Source: Candidatus Obscuribacteraceae bacterium
GTDB lineage: Bacteria; Cyanobacteriota; Vampirovibrionia; Obscuribacterales; Obscuribacteraceae
Reading direction: 5' to 3'
Length of the DNA: 35,079 nucleotides
Assembly (NCBI GenBank): GCA_044229845.1
Contig: JBGASG010000021.1
Coordinates: 1-35,079 of the forward strand
Positions 9,406 to 18,124 of the stretch are shown here, one piece after another; position 1 is the first letter of the stretch, and every line of letters starts with the position of its first letter. A model generated the notes under the pieces. It was not told the DNA's origin and did no database searches. It worked only from the letters and a program-made list of their open reading frames with translations. Both the position numbers and the translations under genes were made by a program.

Positions 9406-9579
9406 GCCTGGCGCATCTATCCCTGTGCAGACTGCCTTATTGTAAACCGTCGACTATGCTCGCGATTCAATTATGACCGTCTTATCTACATATAGGTAAG
9501 CAGCCTAGAGATGCTGCCTGAATGCTTGCTATGCTTATCCGTGCAGGCGTTTCGGCGTCAGAAGCCGACGGAAGTGAAT

Positions 9580-9978
9580 ATGTACGAACTCCAACTTCTT
9601 CAGATTGCCATCTTCGTTCTTGCCGGATTTGCATTGCCGGCAGTGGGGATGATCGGCATATCCTGGCTGCTCCAATCGAAATGGGTATTCGGCCACAACC
9701 GACCCAACCCGATCAAAGATCAGCCTTACGAGTGCGGTATGAAGCCTCTTCAAGAGGCGCATGTGCAGTTCGATATCAGGTACTACCTGTTCGCTCTGCT
9801 GTTCATCGTCTTCGACATCGAGATTGTCTTTCTCGTCCCGTGGGCCATCGCTGCCGCCACCCCGAAGATCAAGACGCTGGGTAATCTGGTGGCAGCCAAC
9901 GAAATTGCAATCTTCATCGCCATCCTTGCTGTCGGGCTGACTTACGCCTGGAAGAAGGGTGCCCTGAAGTGGGAGTAA
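9580..9978 (+). CDS. nuoA: NADH-quinone oxidoreductase subunit A (NdhC)
   Basis: 'PYECG...QFDIRYYLFALLFIVFDIEIVFLVPWA...YAWKKGALKWE'. Start placed at ATG 9580. Confidence 0.95.
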   Translation: MYELQLLQIAIFVLAGFALPAVGMIGISWLLQSKWVFGHNRPNPIKDQPYECGMKPLQEAHVQFDIRYYLFALLFIVFDIEIVFLVPWAIAAATPKIKTLGNLVAANEIAIFIAILAVGLTYAWKKGALKWE

Positions 9979-9984
9979 AAAAAG

Positions 9985-10661
9985 ATGCCTGAGCCCGACA
10001 CCACATCCGGTGGCACCTCTCAAATCGATATTCCGGAAGAGCTTCGGCAAACAGTTCAGCTGGGCAACCTGGACGATGCTCCAGGTCTCAACCGTATCTG
10101 GTCCGTTGCGATCAACTGGGCGTTTTCAATTCCGTCTGTTGCTGACTCGGTACATCCTGCTGCGCAATTGAAATGATGTCGGTGGGCATGTCGGCCTTCG
10201 ATATTTCGCGCTTCGGCTCCGAAGTGTTCAGAGCGACGCCGCGCCAAGCCGACTTGATTATCACCGCCGGCACCATCGTTCGCAAAATGGCTCCTGCGTT
10301 GATTACTCTCTACGAACAACTGCCGGAGCCTAAGTACGTGATCGCCATGGGTGCCTGCACCATCACCGGTGGCATGTTCAACGACTCGTACTCGGTCGTT
10401 CAAGGTGTCGACCGGATTATTCCTGTCGATGTTTATCTGCCCGGATGCCCGCCTCGTCCGGAGGGCATCCTCGATGCTCTGCTCAAACTTCAGCAGAAGA
10501 TTCGCACCGAGTCTTGGAAAGAACGCAAACGCAAAGCCTATCAACAGCAAGCCGTGCGGTATGTCGACTACGACACAGGCCGTCCGGTAGAGCGCCTGAA
10601 GGCAATCGTAGAAGAAGCACGGCTGACTGCGGACGAGCTGCGTCAAGCCGGCATCGAATAA
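9985..10661 (+). CDS. nuoB: NADH-quinone oxidoreductase subunit B (NdhK), frameshifted at about 10120-10150 (probable sequencing indels)
   Basis: The 9985 frame gives ...AINWA. The other frame gives [23 protein letters not shown]...[14 protein letters not shown]...IAMGAC...[10 protein letters not shown]. Confidence 0.9.
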
Positions 10662-10676
10662 TTCGGGAAAGAAACA

Positions 10677-11231
10677 ATGACTGAGCATACCCCTGCTAAA
10701 CCTGCCGAAGAACCGAAGGAACTGCCGCCCGGACCTTATGGCACGTTTCTAAAGGAGCATGGCATCGCCAGCACGCGGCTGGCCGATCATCTCGGCGTCA
10801 GCGGCAACGTCGAGTGCATCGAGATCGATAAACCCGACCTCGAAGCAGCCGTGAAGCGCCTGCGCAACAGTCAGGAGACCGACTTCAATTATTTGGTCTG
10901 TGTCGCAGGCGTCGATAGTGACACCACATACGATGCCGTCTACCACCTCTGGTCTTACAACCACAACAAGGAAGTCGTGCTGAAAGTGCGGCTACCGAAG
11001 AGTGAGTTGACCGCAGATCGGCTGCCCCACGTTGCCAGTTTGACGCCGTTCTGGCCCGCCGCCAACTGGCACGAACGCGAAACTTACGATCTGGTCGGAA
11101 TCCGTTTCATCGGACACCCCTACATGCGGCGCATTCTCAACCCGTGGGATTGGGAAGGTTATCCGCTGCGCAAAGAATACAAACAACCGATTGATGCGCT
11201 CAACGACAAAAACCCGCATAGCATGAGATAG
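10677..11231 (+). CDS. nuoC: NADH-quinone oxidoreductase subunit C (NdhJ)
   Basis: '[37 protein letters not shown]'. Confidence 0.95.
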   Translation: MTEHTPAKPAEEPKELPPGPYGTFLKEHGIASTRLADHLGVSGNVECIEIDKPDLEAAVKRLRNSQETDFNYLVCVAGVDSDTTYDAVYHLWSYNHNKEVVLKVRLPKSELTADRLPHVASLTPFWPAANWHERETYDLVGIRFIGHPYMRRILNPWDWEGYPLRKEYKQPIDALNDKNPHSMR

Positions 11232-11235
11232 GAAT

Positions 11236-12453
11236 ATGGCGATCGAATTTGCCCCCGACACTGGATTAAAGACCGATGAGATGATCATCAATATGGGTCC
11301 GCAGCACCCGGCAACACACGGCGTGTTGCGATTGCTGCTCACTCTCGACGGCGAGATCGTCAAACACGCAGAATGCGTAGTCGGCCACTTGCACCGCGCC
11401 CAAGAATGGCAGGGACAAAATCGCACCTGGTTCCAGTACCAGGCATTGATCGACCGCGTCGACTACCTGTCCGGCATGTTTACTTCATGGGCTATGGCGC
11501 GTTCCGCCGAAGTCCTGGATGGCACTCCGATACTGCCGCTGCGCGCCGAATATCTGCGCGTCATGATGGCAGAGATGAATCGTCTCACCTCGCACCTGCT
11601 CTGGTTGGGCACCTACTTGATCGACCTGGGCGCCATGTTCGGATTTCCGTTCTATCCATTTCGCGAACGCGAAAAATTGCTTGAGATGCTGGAAGCCGTA
11701 GCCGGACAGCGGATGATGTTCAACTACATCCGCATCGGCGGCGTGCAATCCAATCCTCCACTCGGCTGGTTCGACAAGGCTAAGTGGTTCGTCGATGACT
11801 TCGAAGCTCGCGTCGATGAATACGAAGCCATCGTCACCGAAAACCCCATCTTCTTAAAGCGCACGCAAGGCGTCGGCATTCTTCCCAAACAACTGGCTAT
11901 GGACTGGGGTGTCACAGGTCCTACCATTCGAGCATCCGGCGTCAACCTCGATCTGCGCAAAACCAAGCCGTACTCGGTTTACGACAGACTCGATTTCGAA
12001 GTGCCGGTCATGGAAGGCGACGGCGACACCTCGGCCCGCTATATTTGCCGGATTCGCGAGATGCGCGAAAGCAACAAGATTATTCGTCAGTGCCTGGAAC
12101 AAATTCCTGGTGGGACTACAGAGGAATTGCGCAAAAAGCGCGAGGCTTGCAACAGCTGCGGAAAGGACGCTTGCGAAAACTGCGGAGGCGACTTGCGCAT
12201 CATGATCAAGAAACAGATCGCTGGTTTGCGCGTTAAAGCCGGTGAGGCTTTCGCGGCAGTGGAATCGCCACGCGGAACGCTTGGCTGCTACGTGATCTCC
12301 AACGGCAGCGACCGCGCCGTGCGTTTCAAATGGCGCAATCCCTCATTTTGCAATCTCTCGATTCTGCCCGAGCTGTTAGTCGGACGCCCGATCGCAGACA
12401 TCATGGCCATCTTTGGTTCTATCGACGTAATCATCCCCGACGTGGACAGGTAA
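11236..12453 (+). CDS. nuoD: NADH-quinone oxidoreductase subunit D (NdhH)
   Basis: 'NMGPQHPATHGVLRL', 'DRVDYLS', 'VESPRG', 'IFGSIDVIIPDVDR'. Confidence 0.96.
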   Translation: MAIEFAPDTGLKTDEMIINMGPQHPATHGVLRLLLTLDGEIVKHAECVVGHLHRAQEWQGQNRTWFQYQALIDRVDYLSGMFTSWAMARSAEVLDGTPILPLRAEYLRVMMAEMNRLTSHLLWLGTYLIDLGAMFGFPFYPFREREKLLEMLEAVAGQRMMFNYIRIGGVQSNPPLGWFDKAKWFVDDFEARVDEYEAIVTENPIFLKRTQGVGILPKQLAMDWGVTGPTIRASGVNLDLRKTKPYSVYDRLDFEVPVMEGDGDTSARYICRIREMRESNKIIRQCLEQIPGGTTEELRKKREACNSCGKDACENCGGDLRIMIKKQIAGLRVKAGEAFAAVESPRGTLGCYVISNGSDRAVRFKWRNPSFCNLSILPELLVGRPIADIMAIFGSIDVIIPDVDR

Positions 12454-12454
12454 C

Positions 12455-13837
12455 ATGACAAGTTCCATAGCCAGAAACCCTTTCTTGCCAGCCGACACCG
12501 GCCCGGCCAACTGGTGGGAAGTCTACAAATTCGCCAGACTGGTCTTGCTCTGGATGAGCTTCATTTTTATACCTGTGTGGGGCGCCGCCTGGCTGGTCGG
12601 CATCGTATTGCCGTATCTGATCGAAGGCATGACCGGTATTCCCGCCGACGTGCGGGTGAATACCGCCAACGTTTTGAGAGCCTTGACGCCGTTGGTGGCG
12701 GTGATGGTCTTCATTCCGATCAATGCCATGTTCATGGTGTTGCAGGAAAGGCGCGCGCTGGCTTTGTTCACCGTGCGCAAGGGACCCAATCGCGTTGGAT
12801 TGTTCGGTTTCAACATGGATGGCATGTTCCAGACCGCAGCCGACGCAGTCAAGTTATTGCTCAAAGAAAGCATCACTCCCCGTGGTGCCGACGGTTTGAT
12901 GTTCACGCTGGCTCCGATTATCTTCTTCGCACCATCGGTGTTCGGCGCCATTCCGCTGCTCGCCCCCGTCACCGGTAACCATCCGCTTTTTCAGATGGTC
13001 AACCTGCCCACAGGTATCTTCTTCGTGCTCGCCATGTCTTCCATCCCAGTCATCGGCATTGTCATGGGAGGCTGGGCCAGTAACAACAAATACTCGCTGG
13101 TCGGCGGTTTGCGCTCAGCAGCTCAAGCGATCAGTTACGAAATCCCGCTAGTCCTCTCCCTGGTTGTTGTCTGCATGGTGGCGGGCACACTCGATGTCGT
13201 GCAAATCGCTCAAGGGCAACAAGGCCTGCCTACCTCTCCTGGTGGCTTCTGGCACTGGAATATCATCGGCGGAGAAGCATTCCTGAAGGGCATGCAGAGC
13301 GGCAACCCGGGTCACATCGCCGCCGCCCTCGGGCTGGCAGTTTCGATGGTCATTCTGTTCTTCATATATCTCACCGGCGCCTGCGCTGAAATCAACCGCA
13401 TTCCATTTGATCTGCCCGAAGCAGAAAGCGAACTGGTCAGCGGCTACAACACCGAGTACGGTGGCATCAAATTCGCCATCTTCTTCCTGGCAGAATTCAC
13501 AAACCTGTTCATCGTCTCCACCATCGCCACAGTGCTCTTCCTGGGCGGGGGCGCTCCGCTGTTTCCAGGTTTCTTAGATGCCGCGTTCTTCGACCACGTA
13601 TTTGGTGTGCTGAAGTCATTCCCGACCCCCGAAACAACTTTCTTCGATCCAAAGACGTTCTCCGCACTTATCTGGGGCGTCTCAAAAGTCTATGTGCTGA
13701 TCTTTACCGCCGTACTGGTGCGTGGCACATTGCCTCGTTTCCGAATCGACCAGCTTCTGGATTTTGGCTGGAAGCGATTGATTCCCCTCACGCTCATTCT
13801 TCTGCTCGCTGTCTCGTATCTCAAGGAGCTCGTATAA
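12455..13837 (+). CDS. nuoH: NADH-quinone oxidoreductase subunit H (NdhA)
   Basis: 'RKGPNRVG', 'GGWASNNKYSLVGGLRSAAQAISYEIP', 'NRIPFDLPEAESELVSGYNTEY', 'RGTLPRFRIDQL'. Confidence 0.96.
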   Translation: MTSSIARNPFLPADTGPANWWEVYKFARLVLLWMSFIFIPVWGAAWLVGIVLPYLIEGMTGIPADVRVNTANVLRALTPLVAVMVFIPINAMFMVLQERRALALFTVRKGPNRVGLFGFNMDGMFQTAADAVKLLLKESITPRGADGLMFTLAPIIFFAPSVFGAIPLLAPVTGNHPLFQMVNLPTGIFFVLAMSSIPVIGIVMGGWASNNKYSLVGGLRSAAQAISYEIPLVLSLVVVCMVAGTLDVVQIAQGQQGLPTSPGGFWHWNIIGGEAFLKGMQSGNPGHIAAALGLAVSMVILFFIYLTGACAEINRIPFDLPEAESELVSGYNTEYGGIKFAIFFLAEFTNLFIVSTIATVLFLGGGAPLFPGFLDAAFFDHVFGVLKSFPTPETTFFDPKTFSALIWGVSKVYVLIFTAVLVRGTLPRFRIDQLLDFGWKRLIPLTLILLLAVSYLKELV

Positions 13838-13838
13838 C

Positions 13839-14840
13839 ATGCTCGGTGTCATTGGGCGTTCACTAGAAGGTTTGAAGCAGGTCGCACGCGGTCTGTACAC
13901 GGTCGGCAAACACACATTCAGAACGCCGATCACCAAGGAATATCCGGACCAGATGCCGAAACTGGCAGCGGCATTCCGCGGGCGACTGTCGCTCACAGTC
14001 AATCCTAAGACGGGTGAGCACCTGTGCATCTCTTGCATGCAGTGCGAACGCGTTTGCCCCGACAAGTGCATCGAGATTACATCGCACAAGAGTCCGGAAA
14101 CCGGCAAACCCGAATTGATCAACTTCCGCATCGATCACGGACTTTGCATGTTTTGCGGTCTGTGCACCGAGGTCTGCCCGACCAGCTGCATCATCAACAC
14201 CAATGACTTCGAGATGTCCGATTACACACGTGAGTCGCTGGTTTACGACTTGAAGAAACTGACGTTGACGCAAGAAGAGTCGGAATTCTATTTCGAGAAG
14301 AAGGAAATACCGCTGCCGAAACCGAAGCCCGCCAAACCGGCGCCGGGAGCGGCTTCCGCCGCAGGCGCAGCAAAACCGGCCGCAGGAGCCGCAGCGACAG
14401 GCGCAGCAGCTGCTGCAAAACCAGCAGCTGCTGCAAAACCAGCTGCGGAAGCAAAGCCTGCTGCGGAAGCAAAGCCTGCTGCGGAAGCAAAGCCTGCTGC
14501 GGAAGCAAAGCCTGCTGCGGAAGCAAAGCCTGCTGCGGAAGCAAAGCCTGCTGCGGAAGCAAAGCCTGCTGCGGAAGCAAAGCCTGCGGCGGAAGCAAAG
14601 CCCGCGGCGGAAGCAAAGCCTGCTGCGGAAGCAAAGCCCGCTGCGGAAGCAAAGCCCGCGGCGGAAGCAAAGCCCGCTGCGGAAGCAAAGCCCGCTGCGG
14701 AAGCAAAGCCCGCTGCGGAAGCAAAGCCCGCGGCGGAAGCAAAGCCCGCTGCGGAAGCAAAGCCCGCGGCGGAAGCGGATGACAAAAAGGAAGAACCGGC
14801 TGCCGAAAAATCTGACGACAGCGAGAAAAAAGAGGGCTAA
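13839..14840 (+). CDS. nuoI: NADH-quinone oxidoreductase subunit I (NdhI) with long AAEAKP-repeat tail
   Basis: Two 4Fe-4S motifs, CISCMQCERVCP and CMFCGLCTEVCP. Confidence 0.94.
   Translation: MLGVIGRSLEGLKQVARGLYTVGKHTFRTPITKEYPDQMPKLAAAFRGRLSLTVNPKTGEHLCISCMQCERVCPDKCIEITSHKSPETGKPELINFRIDHGLCMFCGLCTEVCPTSCIINTNDFEMSDYTRESLVYDLKKLTLTQEESEFYFEKKEIPLPKPKPAKPAPGAASAAGAAKPAAGAAATGAAAAAKPAAAAKPAAEAKPAAEAKPAAEAKPAAEAKPAAEAKPAAEAKPAAEAKPAAEAKPAAEAKPAAEAKPAAEAKPAAEAKPAAEAKPAAEAKPAAEAKPAAEAKPAAEAKPAAEAKPAAEADDKKEEPAAEKSDDSEKKEG
14442..14765 (+). repeat. 18-bp tandem repeat, 18 copies (gc[t/g]gcggaagcaaagcc[t/c]) encoding AAEAKP
   Basis: Counted directly: 324 bp = 18 units. The first 8 are identical; later units differ only at synonymous sites. 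Confidence 0.95.
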
Positions 14841-14845
14841 ACAAA

Positions 14846-15472
14846 ATGCCGGAAGGGCGCAATTTAATTGCTGAAATGGCGCAATGGATCAGCGGAGGCA
14901 GCGAGATCTGGCTTTTCTACCTCTGTGCCGCGCTGGCTATCGGGTTTGCCTACGGGGTGATTCTCGATCGTCGCATCATTCGATGTGGGTTTCTTTTGAT
15001 TGGCGTTTTTGGCGCAATGTCGGGCATGTTCTTTCTGCTGGAAGCTCAATTCCTGGCGCTGGCGCAGATCATGATTTACGCAGTGGGCATCACACTCGTC
15101 GTCGTGATTGCTCTGATGCTCACCAACCCGAGACTGGAACAGGACGTCACCCCTAGTGTTCCGGCGATGCGATTGCCCGCCGTTGTTTCTTCGGTAGGCG
15201 TGTTTTTCATGGTTTACATGGCTCTGCGGTCCGAAATGTGGACCCACGAAACCGAACAGGTGGCAGACGCCAGTGCCACATTGACCAATATCGGGCAGCA
15301 GTTGCTCACATATTATGCGCTGCCATTTGAATTTGCATCGGTGCTGCTTCTGGTGGCACTGATCGGCGCCGTCATGCTGGCCAAAGCCGAGCCTGCCCCA
15401 CCGGCGCAAGTGGAAGATTGGATCGAGCCTGCCGATGCAGAGGGGAAAGAACAACATGCAGTCCAAGTCTGA
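14846..15472 (+). CDS. nuoJ: NADH-quinone oxidoreductase subunit J (NdhG)
   Basis: '[20 protein letters not shown]', '[31 protein letters not shown]'. Confidence 0.93.
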   Translation: MPEGRNLIAEMAQWISGGSEIWLFYLCAALAIGFAYGVILDRRIIRCGFLLIGVFGAMSGMFFLLEAQFLALAQIMIYAVGITLVVVIALMLTNPRLEQDVTPSVPAMRLPAVVSSVGVFFMVYMALRSEMWTHETEQVADASATLTNIGQQLLTYYALPFEFASVLLLVALIGAVMLAKAEPAPPAQVEDWIEPADAEGKEQHAVQV

Positions 15473-16028
15473 AAAGCTGACAACATCCGATCTGATGACG
15501 GTGTTCTACGTGGCAATCGTGGGCATTTTGGCTGCCCTCTTCCTGCACGGCGACGTCGGCAACTGGCTCAATCAAATACATGTCGGCGCAGAAAACGCCG
15601 ATTTCGCGATCTCGATCGTAATTCTCGGACTGTCGGCAATATTTCTATTGATGGGCGCCAACCCGGGAGTCTTGCTGGTATTCGGCACGGTAGCCGGTTT
15701 CTTCATATTGACCTTCCGCCAGGATGCGTTGATTCGATATATGACTTTGTCGGGAATTCTCTTTTCGCTCGGCGTATACGGCATGGTGACATCACGTAAC
15801 GCTGTCCGCGTCTTAATGTGCATCGAATTGATGTTGAATGCCGTGAATTTGAACCTGATTGCTCTGTCCAAATTTATTGATCCGGTCATGGTCAAAGGCC
15901 AGATCTTTGCCATCTTTATCCTCACTGTCGCCGCCGCCGAAGCTGCAGTAGGGCTGGCAATCGTGCTGGCTATTTACAGAAACACCGCCAGCGTCGACAT
16001 GGAAAAGTTCAACTTGTTGAAGTGGTAG
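15456..16028 (+). CDS. nuoK: NADH-quinone oxidoreductase subunit K (NdhE) with N-terminal membrane extension
   Basis: C-terminal ~100 aa '[28 protein letters not shown]...[19 protein letters not shown]...FNLLKW'. The start could be 15456 or 15435. Confidence 0.9.
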   Translation: MQSKSEKLTTSDLMTVFYVAIVGILAALFLHGDVGNWLNQIHVGAENADFAISIVILGLSAIFLLMGANPGVLLVFGTVAGFFILTFRQDALIRYMTLSGILFSLGVYGMVTSRNAVRVLMCIELMLNAVNLNLIALSKFIDPVMVKGQIFAIFILTVAAAEAAVGLAIVLAIYRNTASVDMEKFNLLKW

Positions 16029-16387
16029 TTACTTTTCCGGCAGTGCCGCCCCCTCGCTGTAAGTTGCGTAGAGGCGATCAGCCAGTTCGCCAGTCTGCCA
16101 ACAGTCTTGGTGAGGTTGCTCAGCTCAGAGTCCCACTTCTCGTCGGTGAGAATCATTTTCGATAAAGGCGAAGAAACTCTCTGCATAAGGCTGCCAGCTA
16201 TTCGCTTGCGGCAAGTCGTATGAAACCAAAACCGGCTGACAAGATCGATGGGAGCATTTCAGTCAATCGATCGGCTCAGCCAGTTCAGTCACTGGCACAG
16301 GATTATGGCAGGTCGCCTTTCTCAAAATCTGATGCAAGCGAGTTGTGCCAATTATTTTGAAGGAATTCTGATGGAAGCTCACTACTA

Positions 16388-17815
16388 CTAGGAGTGTGGC
16401 GTCGCAATCGCCTGGCGCAAGAAGCCGCAGGCCCAGTCGTGGAGCCGGTTCCATCCAGTTACATGGCGCATAGACAACATGCGGCGGCGCTTTTCTTCAA
16501 CGCCCATGGTTAGAGCAGCCATAATGCCTTCGGCCACATCCTGAGCGTCCAGAGAATCGACAAGTACGGCGCCGCTCATTAGTTCGGCAGCCGAGCCTGC
16601 TTGTTTGCCCAGAACCAGAACGCCCTGCTCATCGAGTCGGCAGGCCACGAACTCTTTGGCGATCAGGTTAAGACCATCGCGGATCGGGGTGACTGCAACC
16701 ACATCGGCGGCCTGATACCAGGCTGCCAGTTCAGCATGGGGAACCTGCCCTTCAATCCAGACGATTGGTTGCCACATGTCGGCTTGGAAGCGCTGGTTAA
16801 CTTCGTTGACGCGACTGATGACTTGTTGGCGGTACTCCTCAAAGGAGGCAGTTTTTGCCAGCGCCGGCTGTGCCAGTTGCACATAGTGGAAACGTCTGTG
16901 CCACTCGGGGTTGAGCTCGAGAAACTTCTCGAGAGCGTTGATCTTCTCCAGAACGCCTTTCGTGTAATCCAGGCGGTCCACACCCAGAACGATCTGCTGA
17001 GCGAGGCGATGTTTCACAATCAGAGCTTCTGATTCACCGCGCGAGCTTTTGGACAGACGCTGCCAGTAAGGGAAATCCAGCCCCAGGGGCATCGAGACGA
17101 TGCGCGTGGTCAGCCCCTGTACGTGAACTTCGGCTTTTTCGGTGTCGATCACTGCATCGGGGAAGATGGCCTGGACTGTGGCGAGGAAATTATTGGCATA
17201 TTCCAGAGTGTGGAAACCGAGCAGACGGTTGGAGAGTAGCGCCAGGACCAGTTCTTTTCCGACCGGCGAATCTGTGATGACTTCCGGTTGCGGCCAGGGC
17301 GCGTGCCAGAACTGAGAAACGATAATGCCGGCCTCGTGAGCCAGAAGCGGCGCAACCAGCGCCGTTTCGAAGTCGTGCAGCCAGATCAGGGTCGGAAAGC
17401 TGCGCGCCGAGATGGAAAGCGACTGATGGGCAAGCAGCTGAGACAGCTTGCGAAAGCTCATCCAGGCTTCGTGGTCGAAACGGGCACGCTCAGGCAGTCC
17501 ATGCATGAGAGGCCAGAGATAATCGTAGAGAGCAGCCAGATGGCTGTCTTTGACGGCTTGCGGGATTTCGGGAGAAAAGAAACTAAACCCGGGCATCTGC
17601 TGGTCGGAAGCATCGGGTACGCCGGAGCAGGCAATCCATTGCACTTTCGTTCCCAGCTGTCTGGTCAGGGGTCCAAGACTGGCAGAAACTCCGCCTCCAA
17701 CGCCGGGACCTCGGTAAGAAACGATTCGGAGCGCCGGTAGATGAATCTGTAGCGCACCCAAATCCTCCTGTGTGAGAGGCGAGAGAAGTGGCGGTTGCTG
17801 AGTTGCTGCACGCAT
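16388..17815 (-). CDS. otsA: Glycosyltransferase family 20, trehalose-6-phosphate synthase-like
   Basis: 'LWPLMH', 'IWLHDF', 'FWHAPWP', 'LGVDRLDYTKG', 'DGLNLIAKEF'. Glucosylglycerol-phosphate synthase cannot be excluded. Confidence 0.82.
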   Translation of the reverse strand: MRAATQQPPLLSPLTQEDLGALQIHLPALRIVSYRGPGVGGGVSASLGPLTRQLGTKVQWIACSGVPDASDQQMPGFSFFSPEIPQAVKDSHLAALYDYLWPLMHGLPERARFDHEAWMSFRKLSQLLAHQSLSISARSFPTLIWLHDFETALVAPLLAHEAGIIVSQFWHAPWPQPEVITDSPVGKELVLALLSNRLLGFHTLEYANNFLATVQAIFPDAVIDTEKAEVHVQGLTTRIVSMPLGLDFPYWQRLSKSSRGESEALIVKHRLAQQIVLGVDRLDYTKGVLEKINALEKFLELNPEWHRRFHYVQLAQPALAKTASFEEYRQQVISRVNEVNQRFQADMWQPIVWIEGQVPHAELAAWYQAADVVAVTPIRDGLNLIAKEFVACRLDEQGVLVLGKQAGSAAELMSGAVLVDSLDAQDVAEGIMAALTMGVEEKRRRMLSMRHVTGWNRLHDWACGFLRQAIATPHS

Positions 17816-18051
17816 GGGGGTTATTCCTGATATTTAGCCTGAAAACGTGTTTCCAGTGAGCCGGAAGGCTTCAATAAGCCCATTTCCGGCTGGTTTAAGG
17901 TTGCCTAGCCAATAGAATTTATACAGCTATTCAAAATAATCGAAAAACAGCAAGTAATCAAGTTGAATTCAGAATGGATTACAAATATATAAATCGCCTA
18001 TCCGATACAGTACGATCTGCTGCCCATGCGGGTTTTCGAGGGACTGAAGTC

Positions 18052-18085
18052 CGAAACGGAAGCTAGCAAAAGGCTTCCGGTTTCG
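18052..18085 (-). terminator. Imperfect hairpin downstream of ribBA (possible terminator)
   Basis: cgaaac-ggaagc...gcttcc-g-gtttcg, 40 nt past the ribBA stop. No strong U tract. Confidence 0.4.
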
Positions 18086-18124
18086 CCTCCTGGTGCCACT
18101 ATATTTGGTATCAGAAAGTAGTCT

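Noticed and set aside
14194..14862. Minus-strand repeat ORFs (ALLPQQ / AAGFAS) and possible CRISPR
   Set aside because: These are alternate readings of the nuoI 18-bp tandem repeat. There are no unique spacers, so it is not a CRISPR array.
15974..16454. Short minus-strand ORFs between nuoK and otsA
   Set aside because: No motif or clear RBS, and they overlap neighbours. A small or frameshifted gene cannot be excluded but is unsupported.
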